In this document: in pieces, positions 1 to 9,300 of the stretch
Numbering within the stretch: position 1 is the stretch's first letter
Layout of the letters: each line of letters starts with the position of its first letter
Virus record (IMG/VR): IMGVR_UViG_3300012953_000015
Location: 79,013-143,012 of that record
DNA: 64,000 nucleotides
Source: a virus
Strand: one strand, 5' to 3'
Made by a program: the position numbers and the translations under genes
Notes under the pieces: model-generated
The model's input: only the letters and a program-made list of their open reading frames with translations
The model's database searches: none
Told to the model about the DNA's origin: nothing

Positions 1-2
1 CT

Positions 3-3000
3 CGAGCAGGTCTTTATCTTAAGGTCCTTGGGGCTGGAGACGGAAAAGCTAGGTTAGACTCTTTTACTTCTGCAAATGCTAAAGGTGAAAGACAGCAAGC
101 CGGTTCAGTTTTGAATGCTGGTTTCATTGTTGGAGAAAGGCAAGTTGATCCAGGGACTGGTCGATTAGCTCATAACCCATATGCTGGTAGCAACGTCGCT
201 CCTGTACAAGCTGTCGGTAAGATTACATTTGGTGGAGTCGGAACAGCTGGTCACATGATTACCCTTACTTCAACTGGCGGAGTCGTAAAGACATATAAGT
301 TTGTTAATGAAGCAACTTCAGAGACGGGTAACTTAGATGGAACCGCAGTCAAAGTTTCGATCCAGGGAGGCGGCGATGCAGCCTCGATGGCTGACCAACT
401 CCAAGACGCGATCAATAATGCGACAAACGGACATGGTTCAGAAGCAGCTGCAACTCGCTTAGTAGCCTCTGCCGTTGATGGAGAAGATGCTCAAGTTGCA
501 TTAACACAAGCCGCTGGTCAAGCTGGTAATATTAAAATTAGATCACATCAGGCCGCCGTTACTGGTACAGCAGCTGCTAATGTTACCATAACTACAGATT
601 TTACCGCTGGAGTTGATGGTCAAGGTGCTCCTGGACAAACTCATGTTCTTGGCTGCTTAATGAGGGAAGTTGCTCACGCTAAAGCGAAGACAACTATTAC
701 AGTTTCTACTCACGGCTCAGCTCTTGCTCCAGCTGGTGGTGACTTCACTAAAATCGTCGGTAAAGGAATTACCTTAACTTCTACTGACGGAACAACGAAG
801 CAGTATGTTATTGTTGATAACGCTACAGCCGATAAAGATCCAGTAGCTGGAGGAAATCAAGCTTTCGTTACAGGCGATTTAATTGAAGCAGCTGATGTTT
901 TAGGAACAGCCGTTACAGTTACATCTACTGATTCGCGAATCGGCGCAGTTGCAGTTGCTATTCCAAACGTAACGTCATCCACCCAGCAGACTTTATTAGC
1001 TCAATTGCTTACTGCTATTAATAGTAGCAATGGCCATAATGCCGGTACAAGCGCAGCAAACTCTACTAAGATAAAAGCGCTTAATGCAGTAAACGGAACT
1101 CTTACTCTAGATCAAGTCAAGTTTGGTCGATCGGGAAACACTGATGTAGTTACCGATATTACATTGTCGGTAGTTACTGTTGGTACTGCTTTCACTGGTG
1201 GTCTCGGAGAGCTTATTTTCCAAGAATCAGGTGTTGGTCTAGATGCAGCAACTCCAGCGACAGGAGTTAAATTCGCTCCAGTTGCAAGAGGCATATTAAT
1301 GTTTGCTTCAGGCGTTGTTCCTTCGATGTCGTCTTCAAGAGCTTCGGTATCAAATAACACTGCAATCGGTCAAAGAGCTTCTGAAGATTCAAAGAAAGCT
1401 ACTGCGACAATTACATTGAACGGCGAGATTGCTGCCGGTAAAAAATTCATCTTAGTCGATGCCGCTGGAGTGACTCAAACTTACACTGCTGGTGCTAACG
1501 ATCCTGCAAACGGTGCCTTCGATAGAGATGGTGGCAATACCGTTAATGCGGCTTCGATTGCAGGGTGTATTAACCAGGGTGGCGGTCGAACAATTGGAAT
1601 AACTGCAGTAGCCACCGGTGCTGTTATCAAGTTGACGCAAGATGCTGCAGGGGTCGCAGGAAATACTGTCATCTTAAGCGATTTAGATACAGCTACGGTA
1701 TCAGGCGCTTCAGGAACTACTCTACCAGGATTCTTCTCTGGTGGCACAACATCAGTAGCAAGAGTTTCTGCAAATTCTTCTAGGACTTTCGGAACACTTG
1801 AAGGACTAGATAATGGTGGATCAGCTCTTGGTGCAATTGATGTAAAAGACAGCAAACAAGAATTTGTCATGCTTCTTAACGGCCACAAACCAACTGGAGC
1901 GTATCCAAATGCCCTTACAGCTTCATTTGATCCGCAAGCAACAAATTACTTTGCTAATATACTCAATACAAACCCAGAAGCTTTACAGGAAGCTGGACAC
2001 CTTCTTTATACTCACTATGATGTCTTCAGTTCTTATGCTATCCCAGCTGGTACAGACAATCCTTATTTATCTGCTGCAGAGCGAGCTGCGAATAGCGGAA
2101 AATCTGGGCTAACTAACAATACTCAAGAACTAAGAGAAGTTGGATTCTTGATGAGATCACAGTGGGATAGAAATGTTTCAGCTGTTGCATATCCAAGCTT
2201 AGAAGATTTCTCAGACCGTTTCAGAACTGCAGTTTCTCCAACTATAAGATCACAGAAGTTCGGTGGAGAATCTCAAGATTTATTTAAGGTTCACTCTTTA
2301 GATGATGGATCAGGCGGAAATGCTGAATATAAGATTACTATAGAGAATATCAAGCGTTCTCAAAGCGAAAAAGATAGGTATGGACAGTTTGATTTGGTTG
2401 TTAGAGATTTCAATGACAACGATAGAGAACCAGTTGCTTTAGAAAGATTCTCAGCTCTTTCATTAAACCCTCAATCTGATCGATATATCTGCAGGATTAT
2501 TGGCGATTATAGATTGTTTTATGATTTTGATAAGCGCCCAGGTTCACAAAAGGTTTCATTGACAGGAAAGCACCCTAATGTATCTAATTACATCAGGATT
2601 GAAGCCTCTACTGCTGTTGATGAGAAGACAATCGACCCGACTGCCCTTCCGTTTGGGTTTAGGGGAGTTCCTAGATTATCTATCAATGGAGAGGTTTCTG
2701 GTATGTCTCTCTTTTCCGATCCGGATACTTCTAGTGCTTCTTCTATCATTGATTCTACTAACAAAGCTCATGTCAACTTCAGGTTACCTCCAGTTCCTTT
2801 GAGAAGGCATGTAGGCGTTGGCGTTATACCAAAGAGAAGATCAAATTCAGCTTTCTGTTGGGGAATCCAGTTTGAAGCTGACGATGCGTACTCAGAATCA
2901 AATAAGAACTCTGGTCACGCTTCGATGATGCCTTCACTCACCAAATATCTTCCGGATTATGTAACTAACGCCATGAAGCTGCTTGTGAGAAATGATGCTA

Positions 3001-4235
3001 CGTCTGATAGCAACAATAACAACGAATTTAGCCTCGAAAATATTCAAGTTATTACAAATGCTTCCGATAAGCCTGATTCAAAAGAGTGGGCAGCAGCTTT
3101 ATACAGGAGAGGTGGAACTGTTTCGAAAGCTATTGTTGATGTTGATGGAAACCCAGCTGCTACGTCTAGGATGTTAAATTCTACTACTGATTTAGATTTA
3201 GGTTCTGTTAGAAGATTCCTTAAATTTACTACATATGTTCAGGGTGGATTTGATGGTGTCAATATTTTCGATAGACAAAAAGCAGCACTTTCAGATGTAG
3301 CTGTTAAGAGAGAAATAGATTATCCTGAAGACCAAGGAGGCAAAGCTGGTTCCACTGCGGCAACTTATCTTAAAGCTATAGATGTTTTAGCTGAGAAGAG
3401 CGATGTAGACATTCAGCTTTTAGCGATACCGGGAATAAGACAAACTCTCGTAACTGATAAAGCTATTGAAGCGGTCGAAGACAGGTTCGATGCTATGTAT
3501 CTAATGGATACTATAGTTTACGATTCTGATAACTTGCCAATCACTGGTTCAGATCAGAAAGTAAGCGTGACAAACACAGTTAGCAGATTTAGCAACAGAG
3601 TCTTGGATACAAGTTTTGCAGCTGCGTATTTTCCAGACGTTATATTGCAAGATCCTAGTACAGGAACAAATGTTCAAGCTCCTCCCTCAGTAGCAGTTTT
3701 AGGAGCTTTTTCTCTTAATGACCAGCTAGCTCACCCATGGTTTGCTCCTGCTGGTTTTACAAGAGGCGCTATGGCTAATGTTTTAGAAACTCAAGTTAAA
3801 CTAAATCGAGACAACCTCGATGCTCTTTACGATGCAGATATAAATCCTATTACTTCTTTCCCACATTCTGAAGGAGTTATAGTTTTTGGTCAGAAAACTT
3901 TGCTGAGGACTCAAAGTTCTCTTGATAGAGTTAATGTTCGTAGGCTTCTTATAGAAATAAGAAGAAGAGTAAGGGCTGTTGCAAATAATTTTATATTTGA
4001 GCCAAACAGAGAAGAAACTTTGGCGAGGTTCTCAGCGTCGGTCAACCCAATACTGCGACAGATTCAGCAGCAGCAGGGTGTCGATAGGTTCCTCGTTAGA
4101 ATTGATACTTCTACAACGACTCAAACCGATGTAGAAAATAATACATTAAGGGGCAAGATATTCTTGCAACCAACACGTTCAGTTGAATTTATTTCACTTG
4201 ACTTTGTTATTACAAATGCAGGTGCAGAAATCTAA
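3..4235 (+). CDS. Contractile tail sheath protein (5'-truncated by window edge)
   Basis: Frame is open from nt 3 (RAGLYLKVLGAGDG...), so the TTG at 111 is not the true start. C-terminal sheath motifs PWFAPAGFTRG, INPI, FGQKTL, SLDRVNVRRLL, FEPN, EFISLDF. Confidence 0.95.
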   Translation, partial: RAGLYLKVLGAGDGKARLDSFTSANAKGERQQAGSVLNAGFIVGERQVDPGTGRLAHNPYAGSNVAPVQAVGKITFGGVGTAGHMITLTSTGGVVKTYKFVNEATSETGNLDGTAVKVSIQGGGDAASMADQLQDAINNATNGHGSEAAATRLVASAVDGEDAQVALTQAAGQAGNIKIRSHQAAVTGTAAANVTITTDFTAGVDGQGAPGQTHVLGCLMREVAHAKAKTTITVSTHGSALAPAGGDFTKIVGKGITLTSTDGTTKQYVIVDNATADKDPVAGGNQAFVTGDLIEAADVLGTAVTVTSTDSRIGAVAVAIPNVTSSTQQTLLAQLLTAINSSNGHNAGTSAANSTKIKALNAVNGTLTLDQVKFGRSGNTDVVTDITLSVVTVGTAFTGGLGELIFQESGVGLDAATPATGVKFAPVARGILMFASGVVPSMSSSRASVSNNTAIGQRASEDSKKATATITLNGEIAAGKKFILVDAAGVTQTYTAGANDPANGAFDRDGGNTVNAASIAGCINQGGGRTIGITAVATGAVIKLTQDAAGVAGNTVILSDLDTATVSGASGTTLPGFFSGGTTSVARVSANSSRTFGTLEGLDNGGSALGAIDVKDSKQEFVMLLNGHKPTGAYPNALTASFDPQATNYFANILNTNPEALQEAGHLLYTHYDVFSSYAIPAGTDNPYLSAAERAANSGKSGLTNNTQELREVGFLMRSQWDRNVSAVAYPSLEDFSDRFRTAVSPTIRSQKFGGESQDLFKVHSLDDGSGGNAEYKITIENIKRSQSEKDRYGQFDLVVRDFNDNDREPVALERFSALSLNPQSDRYICRIIGDYRLFYDFDKRPGSQKVSLTGKHPNVSNYIRIEASTAVDEKTIDPTALPFGFRGVPRLSINGEVSGMSLFSDPDTSSASSIIDSTNKAHVNFRLPPVPLRRHVGVGVIPKRRSNSAFCWGIQFEADDAYSESNKNSGHASMMPSLTKYLPDYVTNAMKLLVRNDATSDSNNNNEFSLENIQVITNASDKPDSKEWAAALYRRGGTVSKAIVDVDGNPAATSRMLNSTTDLDLGSVRRFLKFTTYVQGGFDGVNIFDRQKAALSDVAVKREIDYPEDQGGKAGSTAATYLKAIDVLAEKSDVDIQLLAIPGIRQTLVTDKAIEAVEDRFDAMYLMDTIVYDSDNLPITGSDQKVSVTNTVSRFSNRVLDTSFAAAYFPDVILQDPSTGTNVQAPPSVAVLGAFSLNDQLAHPWFAPAGFTRGAMANVLETQVKLNRDNLDALYDADINPITSFPHSEGVIVFGQKTLLRTQSSLDRVNVRRLLIEIRRRVRAVANNFIFEPNREETLARFSASVNPILRQIQQQQGVDRFLVRIDTSTTTQTDVENNTLRGKIFLQPTRSVEFISLDFVITNAGAEI
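210..1745 (+). repeat. Three diverged repeated domains inserted in the sheath (about 210-611, 684-1202, 1398-1745)
   Basis: Each has the pattern AxxxIT...(I/F)xLx...G..xxY...(A/C)IN...LxQ...GxxGN...F(T/S)xG. Confidence 0.75.
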
Positions 4236-4243
4236 TATAGAGT

Positions 4244-4251
4244 ATATTTAA
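4244..4251 (+). promoter_or_regulatory. Putative late-promoter motif ATATTTAA upstream of the tube gene
   Basis: Member of a recurrent MTADTTA motif upstream of structural and hypothetical genes. Confidence 0.5.
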
Positions 4252-4271
4252 AAGGAGATTAGGAGAAAAAA

Positions 4272-4760
4272 ATGGCCGAAACACTAAATGTCTCAAGCAT
4301 GTTACCGAACAAGTTCGAACCTAAAAGAAAGTTTAGATGGGTCTTCGCAATTGAAGGTGTCGATGCTTACTTAATCAAAACTGCCGCAAGGCCTACGATG
4401 AACACGACGGGTATTGAAATACCTTTTATGAATTCGCATAGGTATATTGCTGGTAAGACAAAGTTTGACCCGATCGCTGTAACTTTACACGATCCAATTG
4501 CACCGTCTGGAGCACAGCAAGTTATGGAATGGGTGAGAACACATTTCGAATCAGTATCAGGTAGAGCTGGTTATGCTGATTTCTATAAGCGAGATTGCCA
4601 ACTCAAGCTTTTAGATCCTGTTGGGACTGTCGTTGAACTTTGGGATATCAAAGGTTGCTTCCTTGAATCAGCTGGGTTTGGTGACTTAGATTATGGAACT
4701 GAAGATCCTGCTGAGATTTCATTATCAATCAGATTTGATAATTGCGTACTGCAGTACTAG
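4272..4760 (+). CDS. Tail tube protein (T4 gp19-like)
   Basis: Follows sheath; FEPKRKFRW, GYADFYKRD, LLDPVGTVVELW, GDLDY; AGGAG Shine-Dalgarno. Confidence 0.92.
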   Translation: MAETLNVSSMLPNKFEPKRKFRWVFAIEGVDAYLIKTAARPTMNTTGIEIPFMNSHRYIAGKTKFDPIAVTLHDPIAPSGAQQVMEWVRTHFESVSGRAGYADFYKRDCQLKLLDPVGTVVELWDIKGCFLESAGFGDLDYGTEDPAEISLSIRFDNCVLQY

Positions 4761-4788
4761 ATACTAAAATAAGATAATCTTCTTTTGC

Positions 4789-4825
4789 AAAAATCAAGAA
4801 GTCTTTTAGACTTCTTGATTTTTTT
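4789..4825 (+). terminator. Intrinsic terminator, likely bidirectional
   Basis: Perfect inverted repeat AAAAATCAAGAAGTCT-TTT-AGACTTCTTGATTTTT ending in a T tract, just after the tube gene. Confidence 0.9.
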
Positions 4826-4888
4826 GTTTACTCTGCGAAAATATCAAATAAATTTTATTCTTAAGGCCATTTAATTAAGAGGTATTTT

Positions 4889-5746
4889 ATGAGCGAAAAC
4901 GAAAACACCCGTGGAGAACTGTTCGGGCATGGTTCTAGTCATGCAAAATCTCAAGGGATTGCAACAAGCAATGTAATGAAAGATGATTTTGGTTTTGAAG
5001 TTCCAATTGAATCTGTCCCACTTCCATCTAAAGGACTAGTTTATGACGCTGACAGTCCTCTTCACGGACAAGAAACTTTAGAGATTAAAGCTATGACAGC
5101 TAAAGATGAAGATATCTTAACATCTAGGGCTCTTATTAAAAAAGGTACGGTTATAACTCACCTTCTCAAGTCATGTTTAATAGACAAAACAATAAACCCC
5201 GAAGAAATGCTGTCGGGTGACAGAAACGCAATCATGACGGCTCTAAGGGTGACTGGTTACGGTCCGGAGTATGAAGTTGAAGTAGACTGCCCTGCTTGTG
5301 GCGAGAGATCTAAACAAGCTTTCGATCTTACCGACATGCCTATCAATTCTTTGATGGTAGATCCAGTCTCTTCAGGCGCTAACGTTTTTGAGTTCGTATT
5401 ACCAACCACTGGTTTACCTGTAAGGTTTAAATTTCTAACCGGTGAAGACGAGCAAGAAATTATGACTTTAGCCGAAAGAAGAAAAAAGAAAGGTTTTACA
5501 GCTGATAACGTAGTTACTCAGAGGTTAAGTTACTCTATACAAGAGATTAATGGAATAAAAGACAAAAATAAGATAAACATGTTTATTAAAAACATGCCTG
5601 CTCGAGATTCTCTAGAATTAAGAAGGTTTATTGACAAAAACGAGCCAGGTATCGATCTTTCCGGTTGGTTAGAATGTCCTCACTGTCAAGAAACATCGGA
5701 GGTTAAGTTGCCCATTGGGGCCTCGTTTTTTTGGCCTGACACCTGA
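4889..5746 (+). CDS. Baseplate hub assembly / tail assembly chaperone (T4 gp26-like)
   Basis: VPLPSKG, MTAKDEDIL, two CPxC motifs, C-terminal FFWP; lies between tube and tape measure. Confidence 0.75.
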   Translation: MSENENTRGELFGHGSSHAKSQGIATSNVMKDDFGFEVPIESVPLPSKGLVYDADSPLHGQETLEIKAMTAKDEDILTSRALIKKGTVITHLLKSCLIDKTINPEEMLSGDRNAIMTALRVTGYGPEYEVEVDCPACGERSKQAFDLTDMPINSLMVDPVSSGANVFEFVLPTTGLPVRFKFLTGEDEQEIMTLAERRKKKGFTADNVVTQRLSYSIQEINGIKDKNKINMFIKNMPARDSLELRRFIDKNEPGIDLSGWLECPHCQETSEVKLPIGASFFWPDT

Positions 5747-6002
5747 TTATAAAGAAGTCTTTTTAGATCAAATATTTTTGTTAATGTATTATATGGGATT
5801 CGGTTATAGAGAATGCTATATGTTACCAGTTTGGCAAAGGATATGGTTTATAAAAAGAATAAATAAAGAAATATCTAGGACCGCTGACAATAATAATGGT
5901 AATGCCGCAACTAGAGGAGCTCATCATAACGATCCCTCCTCTAGGGCATTAATGGGACGCCAACGTGCACATGTTCCAGCAAAATTGAGAAGATTTACAT
6001 AA
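5715..6002 (+). CDS. Second tail-chaperone segment (gp51-like); possibly translated as a frameshift extension of the upstream gene
   Basis: Overlaps the upstream ORF across a T7 run; IFLLMYYMGFGYRECYMLPVWQRIWF resembles the short chaperone/gp51-type domain. Confidence 0.65.
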   Translation: MGPRFFGLTPDYKEVFLDQIFLLMYYMGFGYRECYMLPVWQRIWFIKRINKEISRTADNNNGNAATRGAHHNDPSSRALMGRQRAHVPAKLRRFT

Positions 6003-6010
6003 TTAATATT

Positions 6011-6268
6011 ATGCTTAACGAAATAAAATGGAAAGATTTTTTTGCTGATTGCGCTTTATACATCATGAGCGAGCAGGATACATTTAAATTAAATGGCGAA
6101 AAAGAAATCGTAAATGTCATTGCAGAAAACATTTCAGTTTCTAGAAAGCTTTATAACTCTCTTTGTTCTGAGGCTACGGATATAGAGGAAATTAAGACTA
6201 TTATAATTAAAAAGAAAAGAGCATCGAAGATGTTCTTTGAGTCTACCGGCATCCAGTGGCCTTTTTAA
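6011..6268 (+). CDS. Hypothetical protein
   Basis: 85-aa ORF filling the gap before the tape measure; ATAATTAA directly upstream. Confidence 0.6.
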   Translation: MLNEIKWKDFFADCALYIMSEQDTFKLNGEKEIVNVIAENISVSRKLYNSLCSEATDIEEIKTIIIKKKRASKMFFESTGIQWPF

Positions 6269-6288
6269 GCTGTTGAGAAATCCTCCAG

Positions 6289-6301
6289 CGTAATAATTAT
6301 T
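6289..6301 (+). promoter_or_regulatory. Putative late promoter (CGTAATAATTATT)
   Basis: Identical 13-mer at 20248-20260; both copies are intergenic and upstream of a gene start. Confidence 0.6.
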
Positions 6302-6328
6302 GCTGATGGCTGACTTTGAGGTTTAATA

Positions 6329-9300
6329 ATGGCTGATACATCTGATTTAGGCAAGCAAGCCGAACTACTATCACAGATAAATAGCCTTCTTGCACAAAGG
6401 TGCGATCTTGAAGCTAAAATAGCCAACTCCTGTGGCAAGCAAGGCGCAATGGCCGGCGAAATGGCTGCTGCAACTAACGCTTCTGCTCAAGGACTTAAAG
6501 ACCTCGGAGGAGGTTGGTCTGAAGTTAATAGCGCTTTAGATGAGGGTTCTAGAAAACAGAAAGATATCAACAAACAATCTAAAGGTTTTCTAAAAGGAAT
6601 GCTTAGCAAATCCAAAGGAATCGTTGGAGCTGCTGCTGGTTTCGGTGTTTTCACTAAAGGTTTAAAGTTTGCAGCCCAAGGCCTTAAGGGCGTTGCTATG
6701 GCCGGCAAATCTATGATAAAAGGCGTTTTCAACATCTCGAAAGCGATATTGAAAATACCATTCAAGATATTTGGCGGGTTGATCGGCATGGCGAATAAGA
6801 ACGCCGGTGCCGGAACAGCATTAAGACAAGCATATGAAGACGTGCGCAAAGAGTTTGGATCTTTTTCGGAAGGTCCAGCTAAAAACGTTATCGCTGGTTT
6901 TAATGACATGCGAAGTTCAGCAGGCAATCTAGCTGGAACAGGTTTGTCAGCATCTAGAGTTTTTGGATACGGGCCTGAAGGCATGGCTAAGATGATGGGT
7001 GCTGTTGCAGACATCGCTAAAGGTCTGGGCCCAGCTATAAACTTACTTGGCGATGAGTTTGGCAAAGTTGCTGAACAAGCTGTCATGTTCTCCAAAGGGT
7101 TAGGTTTGTCCGGGGAACAAATGGGTAAGCTTATGAAGGATGCAAAACTTTCAGGTAAATCCCAAACTGACATGATGACTGAAGTTGGAAGCATGTCGCT
7201 TCAAATGGCTGACAAGTTTGGATTAAGTTCTAAAGACATCGGTCGTGATATAGCTGACATGAAATCAGATTTTGTGTCTTTCGGTAACGTATCTACAGCA
7301 GAAATGGGAGCTGCTTCTGCTTATGCTAGATCTCTTGGCATGGATATGAAAGATCTCAAGGGCGTCGTCGATAAATTCGATGATTTTGAGGGAGCAGCTG
7401 AAAGCGTTGGACAATTGAATCAGGCTTTTGGTATTCAGCTAGACACTATGAAGATGATGAATGCTGAAAACCCTGCCGAAAGAATTGACATGATGCGAAA
7501 AGCTTTCTTCGCGGCCGGCAAGTCTATTGAGAACATGACGCGCCAAGAAAAGAAGCTTATGATGCAACAAACCGGCTTGACTGAGTCTGCTCTCAAGAGC
7601 GCTTTTGCTGCTGAAAACCAAGGGGTAGCATACGAAGACTTCGCAGACGCTGCAGCTGAGTCTGAAGAAAATCAATTGTCGCAAGAAGAAGTCATGCTTA
7701 AGTTAGCAAAAGCGATTGAAAAAATCAGTGCTGCTGGCCCAGGGTTTACCGGCATGTTTGACGCATTCAGCAAGGGCTTTATGAAAGCCGTCATGTACGA
7801 CGATGACATGAAAGATCTTTTCAGAACAATCAGACAGATGCTTAGAGCGGTTTTTAAGTTAGGAAAAGTTTTTGGAACCTTTTTTGTCGCGCTTTTAAAA
7901 GGCTCTGGGGTAATTAAAGCTCTTAAAGAATTTTTCAACCCCAAAATTATTTCAACTTTTACCAAGACAATAACTCCCATGTTGAAGGGTTTAGCGAATT
8001 TCTTAACTACTGGTAAAGGTAATCCAGAAAAGCTTTTTGATACATTTTTTGGCGCCTTAGATAAAATGTTCAGCGCTCGTGGAACAGCCGGCAAAAAAGT
8101 TGCTACTGCATTTGGAAGATTGATAGAGATGTTAGCAACTCTGTTTGCGAAGCTAGCTGAATGGGCAAAACCAAAAATTATTCCCTATTTGAAAGGTTTG
8201 ATTACAGGGGTTCAGAAATTCTTTTCCGGTTCTGGAATAGGTGCCGGAATAGCAGATGCCCTTGGAAAATTGATGGTTGGTGCATTTGTAAGCGCTTTTA
8301 AATTCGTATTTTCAGCAGCAGGCCAAGGCATAAAAGCTCTTAAGAAAACATTTAAAGCATGGTATGATAAAGACGCTCCTAACGCCATCCGCGCAGCCTC
8401 GACCGGAGCTAACTTATTGGGCGTAGGTACTAGAATTATGGGTAAGTTCGGTATGGCCCTTAACCCATATGCTGCTCTGGCCATGGCAGCCTCATCCTTT
8501 TCCAAAGGCTTTGAAAACATGGACAAAGCTGTTGACAAAGGCATAACAGGAGTAAATAGAACCCTTTCAGTTGGGGCAGCTTCTTATTTAGAGTTGCTTA
8601 CCTTTGGATTAATGCCCGATCACATATCTGCCAAACTAGGGAATTTTGTCGGACAGTTGCTCGATGTCCTAGACGGATTTTTTAAAAAAATTGGATTAGG
8701 GTCGTTTTTTGATGGGTTTAAGCAAGAAGTAGCTGGCGTCATCCAAATATTCAAAGGCATTGGAGATATAGTTAGAGGACTTTTTTCTGGAGACGCGGCA
8801 AAAGTTCAAGAAGGTTTAGAGAGCCTTATGAGCGGTATTTTCGATACGATCGTAGGTAGAGTAAAAATGATTGGTACTGTACTGTTACAACTTGTAACTC
8901 GAGTACTTCCTTGGGTCGGTAAGCTTTTGATGAAAATACTCGGAACAGTGGTTAAATGGGTAGTCACTGAGTTACCAAAAGCTATAATTGGGGCTTTTGT
9001 GTTTGTCGGGAAAAAATTGGTTAAAGGCGGCCAGAATTTGATGAGCTTTTTCACTGATAAGAAATTCCGCGGAAAGGTATGGAAACAAGCAAAAGACTTC
9101 GCGGGGTCTATAGTGATGGGTTTGATAAACGGAATAAAGGACTTTATTGTTTACCTTGCAGAGTGGTTGGCCGAGATATGGGTTACATTTGCAGACTTTT
9201 GGGACATTAATTCCCCATCTGGAAAAATGATGCAAGCCGGGCAAGATCTTGTTGACGGAATAATGGAGACTTTTGCTGCCCTTCCCCAATTGATTCTTAA

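Noticed and set aside
111-113. TTG as start of the sheath gene
   Set aside because: The frame is open to the window edge and encodes the sheath-like YLKVLG motif upstream.
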